A stretch of DNA of 56,516 nucleotides, filler included, from Sphacelaria rigidula (taxonomy: Eukaryota): the NCBI GenBank assembly GCA_964200075.2. It is 7 parts of 7 records of this genome, joined end to end, with 100 filler letters (N's around TTAATTAATTAA, not from the genome) between each part and the next. Parts side by side here need not be neighbours in the genome. Positions count along the whole stretch, not along the records: positions 1 to 7,989 come from CAXNAA020012730.1; positions 8,090 to 16,077 come from CAXNAA020012731.1; 5 more parts are not named here. The stretch is one strand, 5' to 3'. The notes beneath the pieces were generated by a model. That model made no database searches. It had not been told where the DNA came from and was given only the letters and a program-made list of their open reading frames with translations. The position numbers and the translations under genes are program-made. This document shows, in pieces, positions 1-12,262 of the stretch (position 1 is its first letter; each line of letters begins with the position of its first letter).

Positions 1-1815
1 GTCTGTGGCCACCATCTATCTCCTAGTATAACCATCGTGTTTTCCCTACTGTCTAATGCATCAAACGATTTCATGCCACCTTCGATCACGTCCCGCATTT
101 CCCCCTCTAGCACGTCCCGTTGCTCCTTACTTACTTCACATTTTGCCACTGTATGAGTATTCCTCTCTACTGCTTTGCCACAGGGGAAACTCTGTGCATC
201 TACTTCCTCCTCGTCGACTACTGGTAAATCTCTCTCTGCTTTGTGGCAGGTCTAGGTCATCCACCCGAAATCGCAGTTTCAAATTTTTCGCTGGGTTCAT
301 TGGGCCATGCAGATATTTTTTCATCCGTATCCCCTTTCTCAGTCTCCCGTATATCTCCAGGTGTTCTTCCTCGTCTACCTTGCGTCTGAGCGTCTCTTCT
401 TCTCTCATTTCCATCATGTCTCCTACTTTTGTCTTGTACCCCGCGCCTTCACCTATGGACAGTATTTCGTCTTGGTTTCCTCCTATATCTTTCCATACTT
501 TGTCGACTTCTGTATCCCACCTTAATCCAGCATGCCTTTCGTACTTTCTTTCCGTTCAGCCTTATCCACTGTAGCTGGCAATTTTTTTCCTGCATGTTTT
601 TACGCTTTATTTCCATCGCAAATTCCTCATGTCTCTGTCTTGAGTGAGTACATTCCCAACTCTATTCTCAATGCTGTATTACTCGTCGTTTTCGAGCATC
701 CAAGTATCTTCCTAGCTGCTGTCATCTGTACTATTTCCAACTTCTTCACTAACTTCACGTTCCCCTCCCATACGTTTCCTGCATATTTCAGCTTCGGTAC
801 AATCACGTTCATCAGGATTAATACGTGAATCCTGGTGTCTAGATGCGAGTCTCTGAGGATCACGTCCATCCTTCCTATGTGTGCCTCACCCTTTATATTA
901 CTTTATTTATGTATGCATCCCAAGAACAGTTTCTTGAGATCTCTACACCAAGGTATGTACATTGGTCTACGATCGGCAATTCGTCTTCCCCCCACTTCCA
1001 TCTGAATGTTCCCTGATTTTTTTTATCTTCGTTACAGACGAGTACCGCGCATTTGTTGACGTTCACTGCCACTCTCCATTTCCTAGTGTATTCTCGAGCT
1101 TTTTCTATTTGATTTTGCAATCCTTCTGCTGTTCCTGAAATCCCCACAAAATCATCTGCGAACACCAAACCTGATATAACATCTTCACCCACCTTACGCC
1201 CTTGATTTGCTGCTTCTATCGCTACTGTCAGATTATTAATGAATACCTTGAATAAAGTGGGTGATTAACGTACATCCTTGTGGAACTCCTTGCAAAATAT
1301 CAAAATATTTCGATATTTCCCCATCTAGCATCATACGAGGTAGGACTTTTGGCACATTTTGTCATTTTTCTTTCACCATTCTCCACATCTTCCCTCTGAT
1401 GCGAGCTTCCCACAACGTTTTTCGCAGTCCATTTCTCCATACTGTGTCATAAGCCTCTTGCGCGTCTAGGAAGAAACAGTACGTTGTCAGCCCGGCGTCT
1501 TCCCTACCTTAAATAATCTTACCTAGTGTGTACACATGGTCTACGCAACTATGGTTTTAGTCTGAAGCCTGCTTGTCCCTCGCTGATTTTTTCGTCCTTT
1601 TACAGCATCGTTCCTAAATTATCATTCAGAATCTTACAGAACGTTTTCCCTACCATGCTCTGTAGCGTTATCCCTCTATGATTTCCAGGGTTGGCCTTGT
1701 CTCCTTTTTTGAAAAGATTGACGACTACTCCTTCTCTCAACCTCTTGGGTGTGTACTCGTTTTCCCATATCCAATTATACAGCATAATCATCACGATATT
1801 CATTCCTTCCCCCCC

Positions 1816-1893
1816 TATGCTCCGTCTCGAAAGGGATGCGTGGTCAATGGTCAAATGACTAAGGCAAGCAACAAATGAGTACGCCCCCCCCCC
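1816..1893 (+). mobile_element. Short LINE 3'-end fragment (family A) inserted antisense and in frame into the host LINE
   Basis: GCTCCGTCTCGAAAGGGATGCGTGGTCAATGGTCAAATGACTAAGGCAAGCAACAAATGAGTAC; related copies at 6017-6100 and 37421-37529; flanked by C7-T-ATGCT (1809-1821) and C-run-ATGCT (1884-1898). Confidence 0.85.
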
Positions 1894-2679
1894 ATGCTTC
1901 AGAAATTCATTGGTTATCCCGTCTGTCCCTGCTGCCGTTTGTTTTTGAGTTGAGCTACGCACTCCTTTACTTCCTCTCTGGTCAATTTTCTCTGTAATTC
2001 TTTCGAGCCGCTGTCCTCCCGTTTTGACGTCTCTACATTTGCCTTTGCCCATGTGTTGATTCATTTTTCGAATTCCTTGTCGAACTCCGTGCTTGTTTCT
2101 GGCGTTCCTAGTTTACGGTAATGCTTGACTGGCACTCTTCTCTTCCCGTTCGAACTGCTGGCCATTTTACCGTTCTGTGCCCGGAGTGTGGCTATCCCGT
2201 TGTCTATCTTCCTTGCCTGGTTTCCCATAATCCTCTTTATCCCTGCCCACATTTGTTTCATCCCGCCATCGAAATCTTTATTTGTTTTTTTCACTACGCC
2301 TTCCCCAACTTCCTTCTTTTTCTTCTGTACAATATTTTTCACTTCCCCCCGAGCTTTAGTATACTCCTCCCATCCCCCCGTAGGTTTGCTCGATATCCAT
2401 TCCGGGTGGGCCTCTCTCCTTACTCCTATAGCGCCGTTTACTTCGTCATCCCACCATTCTAGTGCTCTGTTGCATACGATCAGTATCTTCTCCATGACTT
2501 CACTCGCTGTGTTCTTGACCATCTGCTCCCGATCCTTCTACAATCTTCCCTCCTGCCCGAATTCTTTCCATTTCGGTGTCAACTGTACCTTCGCGTTCCA
2601 ACAGCGCGGAAAATTACACTGCATTTTTTGCCATCTCTTCTTGGAACTCTTGCCGTTTTTCTCCCATATATAGTTTATC

Positions 2680-4029
2680 TGGGGCTGTGAACTGGACCAG
2701 TTTGTACTGGCCGTCAAACTGGAACTGGTGATGAGGACTCCATCCAGTTTATTTGAAGTTTGCTGTGACCAGCTATATCTATTCTATTTTTGTGTGTTGA
2801 GTTTATAACAAAGATGCTTACATGATTACGAACAAAATGACAGTAGGATTGGGGTCTGCACCTGATAACAGTACAGGTACAGACAGAACAGCAAAGTACT
2901 CGTGGCCACTACACCTCGAAGTGATATTGCGGATATATGCCGGGTTGGTCGTTTCATAGCATGACATGTTAGATAAAAAATAGCAAACAAACGGTTATCC
3001 GCGATCACAAAATACAAAGTACACTGTGGCTTGCAATTCAACTGGATGCGTGCTTGTGGGTCCGGACGTGAATCATTTTGCGTTCTTATTCCCGCGTGCT
3101 GCCAGCCTTGGCTTGTTTGCATCCTCCTCTCCTCACGGAGACTCTGCTGCTGCAGTACGGATGAATGGTTTTTTAATCGCTCACCGCTTTGAATGGAATT
3201 TGAATGTCATCCGAGAGTGTCCAAGTAAGCAATCCGAGACCCCATGCCCCTTTTTTCAGTCCTGGAGTTTTTCGGGGGGGTGGGGGGTTGGGGTTACTAA
3301 ACCCCACACATGATGAAAGAGATCAAAAATAAAGGAATACACTGAGAAGTACAGAAGAAATTAAAATCCGTGTTAATGAAACTTTAGTTGCTCGCATAGC
3401 TTCGGAGCCAAGTAAGGCCAAGTTATATTCATGGGCTTCGGCAATACGTTGCACATCACACTTCCACGACAAGAACAAAATCAGACAAATATCACAATGC
3501 TCTGCAATGCTTGCTTATTCAAGCTGAACGCATCCATCTGCACCGTCAAGTTGCGTCCCATGTGCGTCGCATCTTGTAGTGGCAGATAGGGCCAGAAATC
3601 ATGGGCGCTACCTCACCCAAGTCGCCCCAAAATTGCTATTTATTGAGTGTTTCTTAATGTGAAGAAAAGAATCCTCCGACCGCCGGAGGGTGAAGGAGGG
3701 TACATGGGGTCTCGGATTTTGTTTCGGGCACTCCTGTGTCATCTTAGACTTTGAACTTCTGAATGTGAGAGATCACATTTTCTACTATTTTCCGCATTTT
3801 TGAAGGAAAAACAAGCCAAGTAACGCATTTTTTCTCGCCTACGGCAGCGCTCCCGCCGGCCCCCCTCACCAGCCGCGAGGGGCCGTTGGCGGCTCGCGGC
3901 TTCGCCGCTCGCCACCGATTGTTTTCCAGTTAATCGGCGGAGCCGAATAACTGGAAAACAATCGATGTACTGGCCGTTGGCGCGGCCAGTTTAAACTTAA
4001 CTGGCCAGAGTAGCCAATTCACAGCCCTA
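2680..4029. mobile_element. Non-autonomous hAT-like DNA transposon (1350 bp) nested in the LINE
   Basis: TIRs TGGGGCTGTGAACTGG / CCAATTCACAGCCCTA; perfect 8-bp TSD AGTTTATC at 2672-2679 and 4030-4037; subterminal ACTGG/CCAGT repeats; no transposase ORF. Confidence 0.9.
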
Positions 4030-5348
4030 AGTTTATCGATTCTCCATTTGTACAACTTCCTACCTTGCGTATTTCTTCTAGCTCTCGTTTGTTGGCTTTC
4101 TGTCCATATTAGGCAGTGATGTGTAGTTCCCACGTCCTCCGCGCATACATGCACTTCCATTTCTCCAACTTTTCCACGCTCTGCCTCTATATAGCCAAGA
4201 ACGGAGCATTTCATCTTGTCTTTGCATTTTCTAGTCCATGTTCATTGCGCCTCTGGCTTAAGTACTCTATCGTTCAGCATTTTTATATTTGGGGAGGGGA
4301 GGGGGGCGAAAGATTGACACAGCCACCGCAACTGCGTGAGTTGAGTTTTGATCAATAATGCTTGATTTAGGTTGAAGGATTTCGCTGATTCTAGCGCAAA
4401 ATCAACAACCACTCGATGTCTTTACCGTTTTTTCCTTCGGCCTCAGAAAGCGAACGTGATTCGGAGACGTTAGTATGAGTCAGAGTTGCAACCATCGTCG
4501 TTCGTCGGGCTGGCCTATTTGCGATAGGTGCACAGTTTTTGACATTCAATTCGTGTTATATTCAAAGCCATGGCTGTGTACGACGAAGCACTCGATTGTG
4601 TTCACTCTTGTTCTGTAGGACATACGCCCCTCAACCGACACGGTACAGAGTGGTGACATACTCTTTGACTGGAAAAATAAAACTGTAGCATTTTACATAT
4701 AATTGTGCGCAATGGAGAAATTTCGAGTGAAGTGAGGGTACCAAATATCCATTCCTAATACCACCTTCTGCTCGGATCTTCTTTATCGTTGATACCCAGG
4801 AACTCCAAGAAAGTATATCCGTCCTACAAGAGAGGGTTTCTTCCAGGATGGTGTCGGTGACTGCAGCAGCGTCTACAGCCTCCCCGGCAGCGAACCACCA
4901 CAACGCTTTCGGCCGTGCTTAGTAGCGCCGAGTCAAAGTTAATTGGAGCGGGGAGAGTTACTGGCCCTTTCACCTCTACGGTTGATCATGCTCCCCACTG
5001 CGGTTGAGCTGTGACTGTAGTTTGTGTCGTCAAGATTGACTGTAGTAGCTAGTTTTATGCTACTTCGTACGGGCACTGTTGCGCAACATGCCCGCTTTGA
5101 TGTTGAATTCACGCTGGTGCTGGTGCTGCTGGTCCTGCTGGTGCTGGTGCTTACGGCTGTATAACAACTTGATGGGAGACGATAAATTCACGCTGCTTGG
5201 TCTAGGAGAAGCATCTGTAAATGAAAATCGCATGCTACGTTTCCGAGTGGTAGGAACACTCGGCGGAGATGTTTGATTGGTGTTCATGATTCACGTTGTG
5301 TGTTGCGGGGCGGCTGTGCGAGGGGGAAATACAGGGAGGCACCATTAC

Positions 5349-5381
<33 letters not shown>

Positions 5382-6016
5382 TGTAGTTGTGCAAAAGATG
5401 GGTGCATCATCACTACTGCCGCTTGGGCCGCCTGAGATTGAAACACTTTTCGACATTATTACATGCACAATGTACGTCGGACCGTGAGTTTCCGTTGTTG
5501 GCGTGAAAACTAGAGCAGGAAACAAGACGATAGCAAGGTCCCCGGAGGAGATCGATTTTTTCGCAATGGAATATTCCCCGACGCCAAAGCGAACATGGCT
5601 TGTTTCGGGGTGAGGCAAACTCTATGCTGTCCGCGACGGTTGGGGAAAATCTGATTGGTGCTCATGTACTGTTATGTGGCTTTTCGAAACGGAACGGTGT
5701 GACAAGATCATGCCCGGCGGCGAAGTTTTTTTTGCATGGGCTATGATTGTTTTGGTTTGTTACTTGCAAAGAAGCCTACACATCGTTCGAAAGATCTCCT
5801 GCGGTGTACGCCATATATCTGTCATTGATTGTAGAGGTTTCGCCCTCAACAGCTGAGCTTTAGTCGCGCTCGCCTCGGACTGCATGGAGGCGCCCGGGAG
5901 ATGCGAAGAAAACACACGCGGTGTCACTGTTATCGTGTCCCATTACTCTATCTCCGCACCCCGGTGATCTACTTGGGACAACACCGATACAAACATTATG
6001 ATGGTGAGGGGGGAGG

Positions 6017-6100
6017 GTACTCATTTGTTGCTTGCCTTAGTCGTTTGACCATTGACCACGCATCCCTTTCGAGACGGAGCACCGTTCCTATTCCTAATAG
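6017..6100 (-). mobile_element. LINE family A 3'-end fragment
   Basis: Near reverse complement of 1819-1882, extended; its 3' end abuts a G-rich run at 6008-6017 (C-rich on the element strand). Confidence 0.85.
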
Positions 6101-7989
6101 GGCGGAAGGTTGAGAGTTCTTGTCCCCGTGAATTCGTTTTTTTCCGGGCACGTTGTCGTTTTACCTTGAAAGGGTAAATACATGAGTAGCAGGTGACAGA
6201 AAATACTCAACTGATATGGTATTTGGCGGCAAAAGTAACAATTAATATTTCTTTCATGTCGGAGAGGGGTTCTCATTTTCCTTTGAGGCCCTTAGGGCTG
6301 AAAAGACTTTTATTCATCCTAAATTCAGAAGGTGTCCTATCCGTCCGGACATGACTACAAAGCTCCAAACCACGCACTTTTTTCCCCCGAATTGATTCGA
6401 AGCCGCGCTGCGCGAAAAAACCATCCCATCGCTCTTCTAACATCAATCGAGACGCCCTCGACAAGTTTCAGCTTTATTGATACTCATGGCGTTGTGTTTC
6501 GCTTCCGTCTCTGGGCGCACTCGATAACACCCTCAATTTCGACCCCTTTCGAGTAGGGTGAGTCTTGATTTAACTTCTCAGACTGGACTGCGCAACTTCA
6601 ATCGAGGCACCTTTGGAGGTTGGAGGCATCACATGCAGAAACCGGCTCTCCGAATCACTTCAAACACCCTCAAGAAGAGTCAGCTCCACTGCTGCGTTCT
6701 TCATTGTCTTCGCTTGTGCGTGCCGACGCCGTCCGTGGCTGAGATGAAGGGGGTGTTATAGTACGTGATCGAACTATCGGCCATCGGGCACGCGATTGAT
6801 CTGAACTAATCTCGGTTTCCATGTCGACAAACGGCGAGCGTGCGGGTTCCCCTCATCGAAGAGTACGAGGGCGGTAGAGACATTCACTCTTCGCTACCAA
6901 CCCTGCTACGAGCGAACTCAAATCGGGTCTTCACGTCGTGAAGTTTTGCCCGGAAAGCGAATAGATCAGAAAATAAGGATGGACCGACCAAGAAATCGGC
7001 CTAAGGAGAAGCGACAAGAAAGTGAGCCTGGCTGTTGTCGAAATCCGCAAGAAAATTCGCATCTACTATTGTCATCGCTGTCTGTACTGCTCTCCCTCTC
7101 CTGTCTTTCCTGTCTCGCCTCTTCTCAGTCTACAGCCAAGAGTTTGTGTAATGTGTACTGAGGGTGCGTTCTGGTGCGTATTTATTCGTATGTATTACAG
7201 ATTTATTGGTCATGTTCCAGTCGACTAGGTTCCCTGTGTCATACTTTGTCATGCTTGGTACCTCATGGGTCATACTACATTGTGTGATTAGATTGAGCAG
7301 CCTGCCCTCACGTGTTACAGCGTTTTGGACTATGCATCTCCACAAGCAAAGCACAAGTTAGCCTGTACGCCAATAATACAAGAGCATTTACGCCATCACC
7401 GACTGCGATCTCAGAGGATTCTCTGGTCTTCACTAAATGTAAGCCTGACCTGCATGCAAGATTTGTTGATCTGGCGTCCGAGCGGCTCATCGGGTATGCA
7501 GCCTGACGCTGCGAACATGACTGGCTCTGCTCTCGGTAACGTCGAGCTCAATGGATTCGATATTCATGATTGTTGTGTTTGAGCCCACTAGCCCAGGTGC
7601 CCACTGAACTGGCACCATTCCCAGCTAGGCGGTGAGTATCGAACCATGACATGGTGTCCAACCGGTGCTCGTGTAGAGTCAACACTGGCATGCTCCGAAC
7701 ACAAACTTTCGGAGGAGAGTTTTTTCTGGCGTGTAGGTCGGATCAGGTAAAATGTTACGTCTTTTTTATAGAGTAAATAGTGTGCCTGTTGACAATTTGT
7801 AGTTTCCACAACGTATCTTATCTGCAACATCATTTAGCATGTAGTAGACGGTGCTTTTGAAGTTCAAGATTGGATGTCTCTGATGTGGTTGGAGAGCATG
7901 TAACAGCCGATTTTCGAAAATGGGGTTGAAAAAAATAATGAGGTTCAACTCAAAAGCCGTGCTTTCTCTGACCTAAATTCAAGATAGGA

Positions 7990-8089
7990 NNNNNNNNNNN
8001 NNNNNNNNNNNNNNNNNNNNNNNNNNNNNNNNNTTAATTAATTAANNNNNNNNNNNNNNNNNNNNNNNNNNNNNNNNNNNNNNNNNNNN
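7990..8089. other. Artificial contig linker
   Basis: N44-TTAATTAATTAA-N44 (stops in all six frames). Confidence 0.98.
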
Positions 8090-9914
8090 GCGTTATGCTA
8101 CCTACCCGTGTATGGCGCTCATAACTATGGTAAACATCCTTCTCACAACCTCTCTGTGGCCCGGGGGAACAGTCGGGCAGGCCAGGGCGTGATCGACCGA
8201 CTCTCTCGGGATGCTGGAGCAGCACACATGGGGGAAAATACCGACTGTAGAAAGCCCTGTAGATAGATTGCAGCATGCTTGCTTTGTGTGAGTTGTATGC
8301 GCAGAGACACCCAATTAAACCACCAGCTATACACTTACTAGACGGTGCGGTAGCGTACACACGTAGCAGCACAGCAGGCAAGTAGACAGCTACTGGATTG
8401 TTTCTGATCTTCACTTCGAAAGTGCGTACGTCTGCAAACGACGACCACCGCGCTTGACCCCAACAGCTCCAACACCGCCGCCGGGGCACACACCGTCTAA
8501 GGAGGTAGATACCGCCACTCCGCGGTGCTGTTTACTCTGCGACATAACCCAGGGTATCACTAGCAAGGTTCCTGATGACTATCGCATGCTTGCGAGCGCC
8601 ACGGCGTGCGCCAAGGGCAGCTCTGCAGAGTATTGTGCTGGGGTGCGAAATATCGGACTTTCGACAAACGTGAAGGCTTGGCGAAAACATCTCGCAGCTT
8701 CATTTTGGGAGAAGGTGCGAAAAAAAGTGCGAAAACGCCCAAGATTGGGACGATCTCCCTAAAAACTGTGTCGATAACAACGGCCCTTATTGCCACGAGT
8801 GTCCTTGTTTCGTTTTGTGTGAGAGAACAGTAGTGGTGACGACGTGTTCTGCAGCACACAGAGACGCGTCTTGTCCAAACCGAGACCAGAGAGGATTTCA
8901 TATTTGCATTGGTCAGCGCCACAGACACGAAGAGACGACGCCCCTCGGCAGCTCGGTGTTCTTTGAGGGGTTGCGCAGCAATATCCTACCTGCCGGCACA
9001 TGGAAAATTGGATACATACTGGTGACATGATTTCAATCTCTCGAGCGATTAGGAATTGCCAAGCGGGGAGATGCAGGACATGGGCGAGGAGCTTCCTCAC
9101 TGCTGTTATTCCTCCGGTGGTATCGTCATCGACGCGTGTACACCGCGTTTGTTTGGGCTGCTACAGATGTTTTTGGGGGGAAGATAGTTCCCCTTGGTGT
9201 AACTATGTCGCACTTGACCTGCAATTCAGTTATGCCACTTCAACCTCATTTCAGTGTCGGACCCCATATGTGAGGATTTGCTGTTCATTGGCCAAAGCTT
9301 GTTATAGCAATAGGCAAGGTTGGATAATCGTGTATCGACGGTTTTTCCGACCGGTTGTCATCGTGGATTCAAGGACGCGGCGACGTAGGGTCAAATACCC
9401 GCTGTTGTTACTATTGGGTGTATATACGAACCAGCTGTCACCATGGCACGCACGCGATAAAATATGCCCGTTGCTGTTGTACTGCTCAACCGTTTTGAAA
9501 CTCGTTGACGAATTTGTTTTTGTGAGTCGGCATTATTTTTACTCGAAAATGACTGGAAATTATGCTAATTCACAGAAACCAAAATCGTTAGTGGGTTCCG
9601 AAAGGGTTAGTGTGTACAGAATGAACAACGTCTAGTCAGCTGTCCGTGTTGAAGTTCTGTTCGGCAACGCAGTCCCAAGACATAACGTGAAGTTGACTTA
9701 CGTGTCGCAATCCTACGATGCGGGTGGAAATTGAAACAATATCCCACCTCGGTCGCCATACTATGGTCGGATGGCAATCATAGCTAGCTCCAAACGTAAG
9801 CGTTCCTGAGGCGCGGAAAGGTGGGATGTGCACCGTAATTCGGAAGACAACCACTTTTTCGCTAACCGTCGCGTATACCAGCTCATGCATAACTGCATGT
9901 ATTTTTTTAGGCTA

Positions 9915-10767
9915 ATGCTATTTCCAAGTCGCGACTTGGACGTAAGCTATGTCCACCACCAGCTGCGATTTGACTACCCGCCCGCGTTCGTCTCATGTGC
10001 CTTGCATTGGCACCATAAAACTCGGAGTACACTCACACAGTCCGTAGCCATCGTTCAAGCCATAGCATGGTGCAAACGGCTTCGTAGCGAGGGAGAAACG
10101 CGCCTGCTGCACAGTGCCAAACAATATTGCCGCCCGACTGGAGGTGAACATGAGCTATGACCAAGTCGCGACTTGGATGTGGTTTATGTCCACCTCCATC
10201 GATTGGAATACCTGTCCGTGCTCGTCCCAATGTGCCTTTCATCGACACCACAGCACCTGCAATATACTCACACAGTCTGTGGCCACCATTCAAGCCATCG
10301 CACGGTGCAAACAGCCTTGTAGGGGACGAGAAACGCGCCTGCTGCACAGTGCCAAACAATCCTGCCACCTGACTGGAAGTGGACATAAGCTACTATATCC
10401 AAGTCGCAAGTTGGACATAGCTTGTGTCCACCTCCAGCGAGTGAAATACCTGTCCGAATTTGTCCCATGTCACCTGTATCGACACTACAGCAGCTGCAGT
10501 ACACTCACATAGTTCGTAGCCCTCGTTCAAGCTATCGTGCGTTGCAAACAGCGTCGCAACGGACGAGAAACGCGCCTGCTACATACGGTGCCAAGCAATA
10601 ATACCACCACCCGACTGGAGTTGGACATCACAAGCTACTGTATATCAAGTTCCACCGCGTGGGATTCGTATCCGCGCTCGTCTCATGTGCCTTGTATCGA
10701 CACCACAGTAGCTACAATATATTCACACGTCGCGTAGGCACCGTTTAAGCCATCGTGGGGTGCAATA
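9915..10767. repeat. Tandem array of ~3.5 diverged 237-238-bp units with palindromic junctions
   Basis: CCAAGTCG starts at 9924, 10161 and 10399; GAGAAACGCGCCTGCT at ~10093, 10328, 10565; fourth unit partial. Confidence 0.92.
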
Positions 10768-11222
10768 CTGAAGCACGCTGGAGGAGTATCACGATGCTGT
10801 AGCATTTGGGACTAGATATACAACGTTGACCTTCTTCCTCGCAGCTCCTACAGCCGTGGGAAATCGACCCACTAGTTGTGTGTCGAGGATATCGCCGGTG
10901 AGACGAAGAAAGGGTCGATTTATGGAGCCATCTTCGCAGCTGGTACGCATTATCCCAACAGCCCCAGGTTGTACTGACAGCATACGTAGATAACGTGCGA
11001 CGCGAGGCAGCTGAGCAACGTGTACATTTCTAGTTTATCGAACACCGTCTGTAGATACATTTTCATTACGCTGGTAAAAACCTCAATGCGTCGCAGAACA
11101 ATGCGGGTAAAACGTAAGTCGAAGAGGGGCACTTTCGTGCCTCATGGCTGGGGTGCCACGATACAAACTCTGCGGTGCAGCTGGTCACGGCCAGCAAAGC
11201 AGGTCCGTATACAAAAACAGAC

Positions 11223-11923
11223 TGGATGAAAGATACACACAATTATTTTTATTATATTTTATCACAGCGCTGAAGGCTCAACACCAGAAAACCAATACAC
11301 AAATATGCTCGACACCAAAATGTGCTCAATCACCCTGGAAATCAATACACAAAGCTCAACACAACAAACTCACGAACTGCCGAAACCCGTAAGACGACGG
11401 TGGAAGCGGGAGTAGAAGAGTGGAGCAAGAAGCTGAAGTAGAGGGGAGCAAGGTGGAGTGGGGCAAGTGGGTTGCGTATCAACCTCATCAAGCCCACCGA
11501 ACATAATTTTCCATGACCGAAAATGCAACTAGCCAACGTACCTCAAACACATGATAGACCACACTCTAGTTGATTCACAGCGCCACATCTCAGCCGGATC
11601 CACAGTCCACATCTCGGGCTAGTAATCCACCACACAATCGCTTCCTCATAATCGAATCATAGCCACACTCCTTCATGGTTTGACATCCTACCAACTTATC
11701 GGTTTCATCATTGCCTCATGTGACACAAAATACCGAAATACCCGACAATTACCCGTGACCATAGTACCCCTGTTTGACTGTCACATTCAGTCAATAAACC
11801 ATCATACACTTGCGGCAAAATTGGTGCGGGGAAAATCGATTAGCCTCCCTGCCCGTGGCCAATTGTCCATAAGATAATCCTTCCTCGTCCCGTTGAAAAC
11901 AAATCAATCTCATAATGTCTACT
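11223..11923 (-). repeat. Candidate 3' LTR (~700 bp) of the copia element
   Basis: Follows a purine-rich tract GGAAGTGGGGAGGC (11937-11924, minus) and ends ..TTCATCCA. No second LTR is available to confirm the boundaries. Confidence 0.55.
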
Positions 11924-12262
11924 GCCTCCCCACTTCCACAAAACTTTCCATAGAACGTTTCGTGCATAATCGGAATTGCAAGGATTCAATCCTAACTGTA
12001 CTCTCATGACAATATACATATATATATATATATATATATTTCAATCAATAAATCCAGTCACCTCGTATCCAATCATACTGCAATCCTCACTTTTCGAATG
12101 ACATGAGGTATGGATTTCCACCTAAATATATCATCAAATCAAACCAACATATTCATTCACTCGACTCATCACATCCCAAATTAGATGTAATCAAAATAAC
12201 ACACAAGTTCAAATCCGATTCGAACCAAAAAAACATTATCCCAAACACAGATCCCGGAGAAT

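Larger units (their letters stand above)
1..4290 (-). mobile_element. Degraded, 5'-truncated non-LTR retrotransposon (LINE) with endonuclease C-terminal part and reverse transcriptase; 3' end runs off the window
   Basis: Fragmented minus-strand ORFs carry RT motifs in the expected order: GTDGITNEFLK, LFKKGDKANPGNHRGITL, GVPQGCTL (~1270-1290), FADDFV, YLG. Endonuclease-like remnant WTR..SVLGYI..HHCLIW at 4100-4270. Many stops and frameshifts. The frame KWRIDKL-YMGEKRQEF is continuous once the 2680-4029 insertion and one TSD copy are removed. Confidence 0.92.

Noticed and set aside
56-2673. Plus-strand ORFs over the LINE (e.g. 56-574, 2125-2673)
   Set aside because: Antisense shadows of the minus-strand RT ORF.
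6100-6770. Possible decayed piggyBac-like transposase (YNT..DGV..RTQQW; CYFC) on the minus strand
   Set aside because: Too many stops and too little motif identity to support without a profile search.
8454-9180. Possible BED-finger/hAT remnant (CLLC..STNVKAWRKHL)
   Set aside because: Spacing is atypical, and no downstream transposase motifs or TIRs were found.
9915-10767. CRISPR array or hammerhead retrozyme interpretation
   Set aside because: The inter-palindrome segments are homologous to each other rather than unique spacers, there are no cas genes, and no CTGANGA core is positioned with the GAAAC on either strand.
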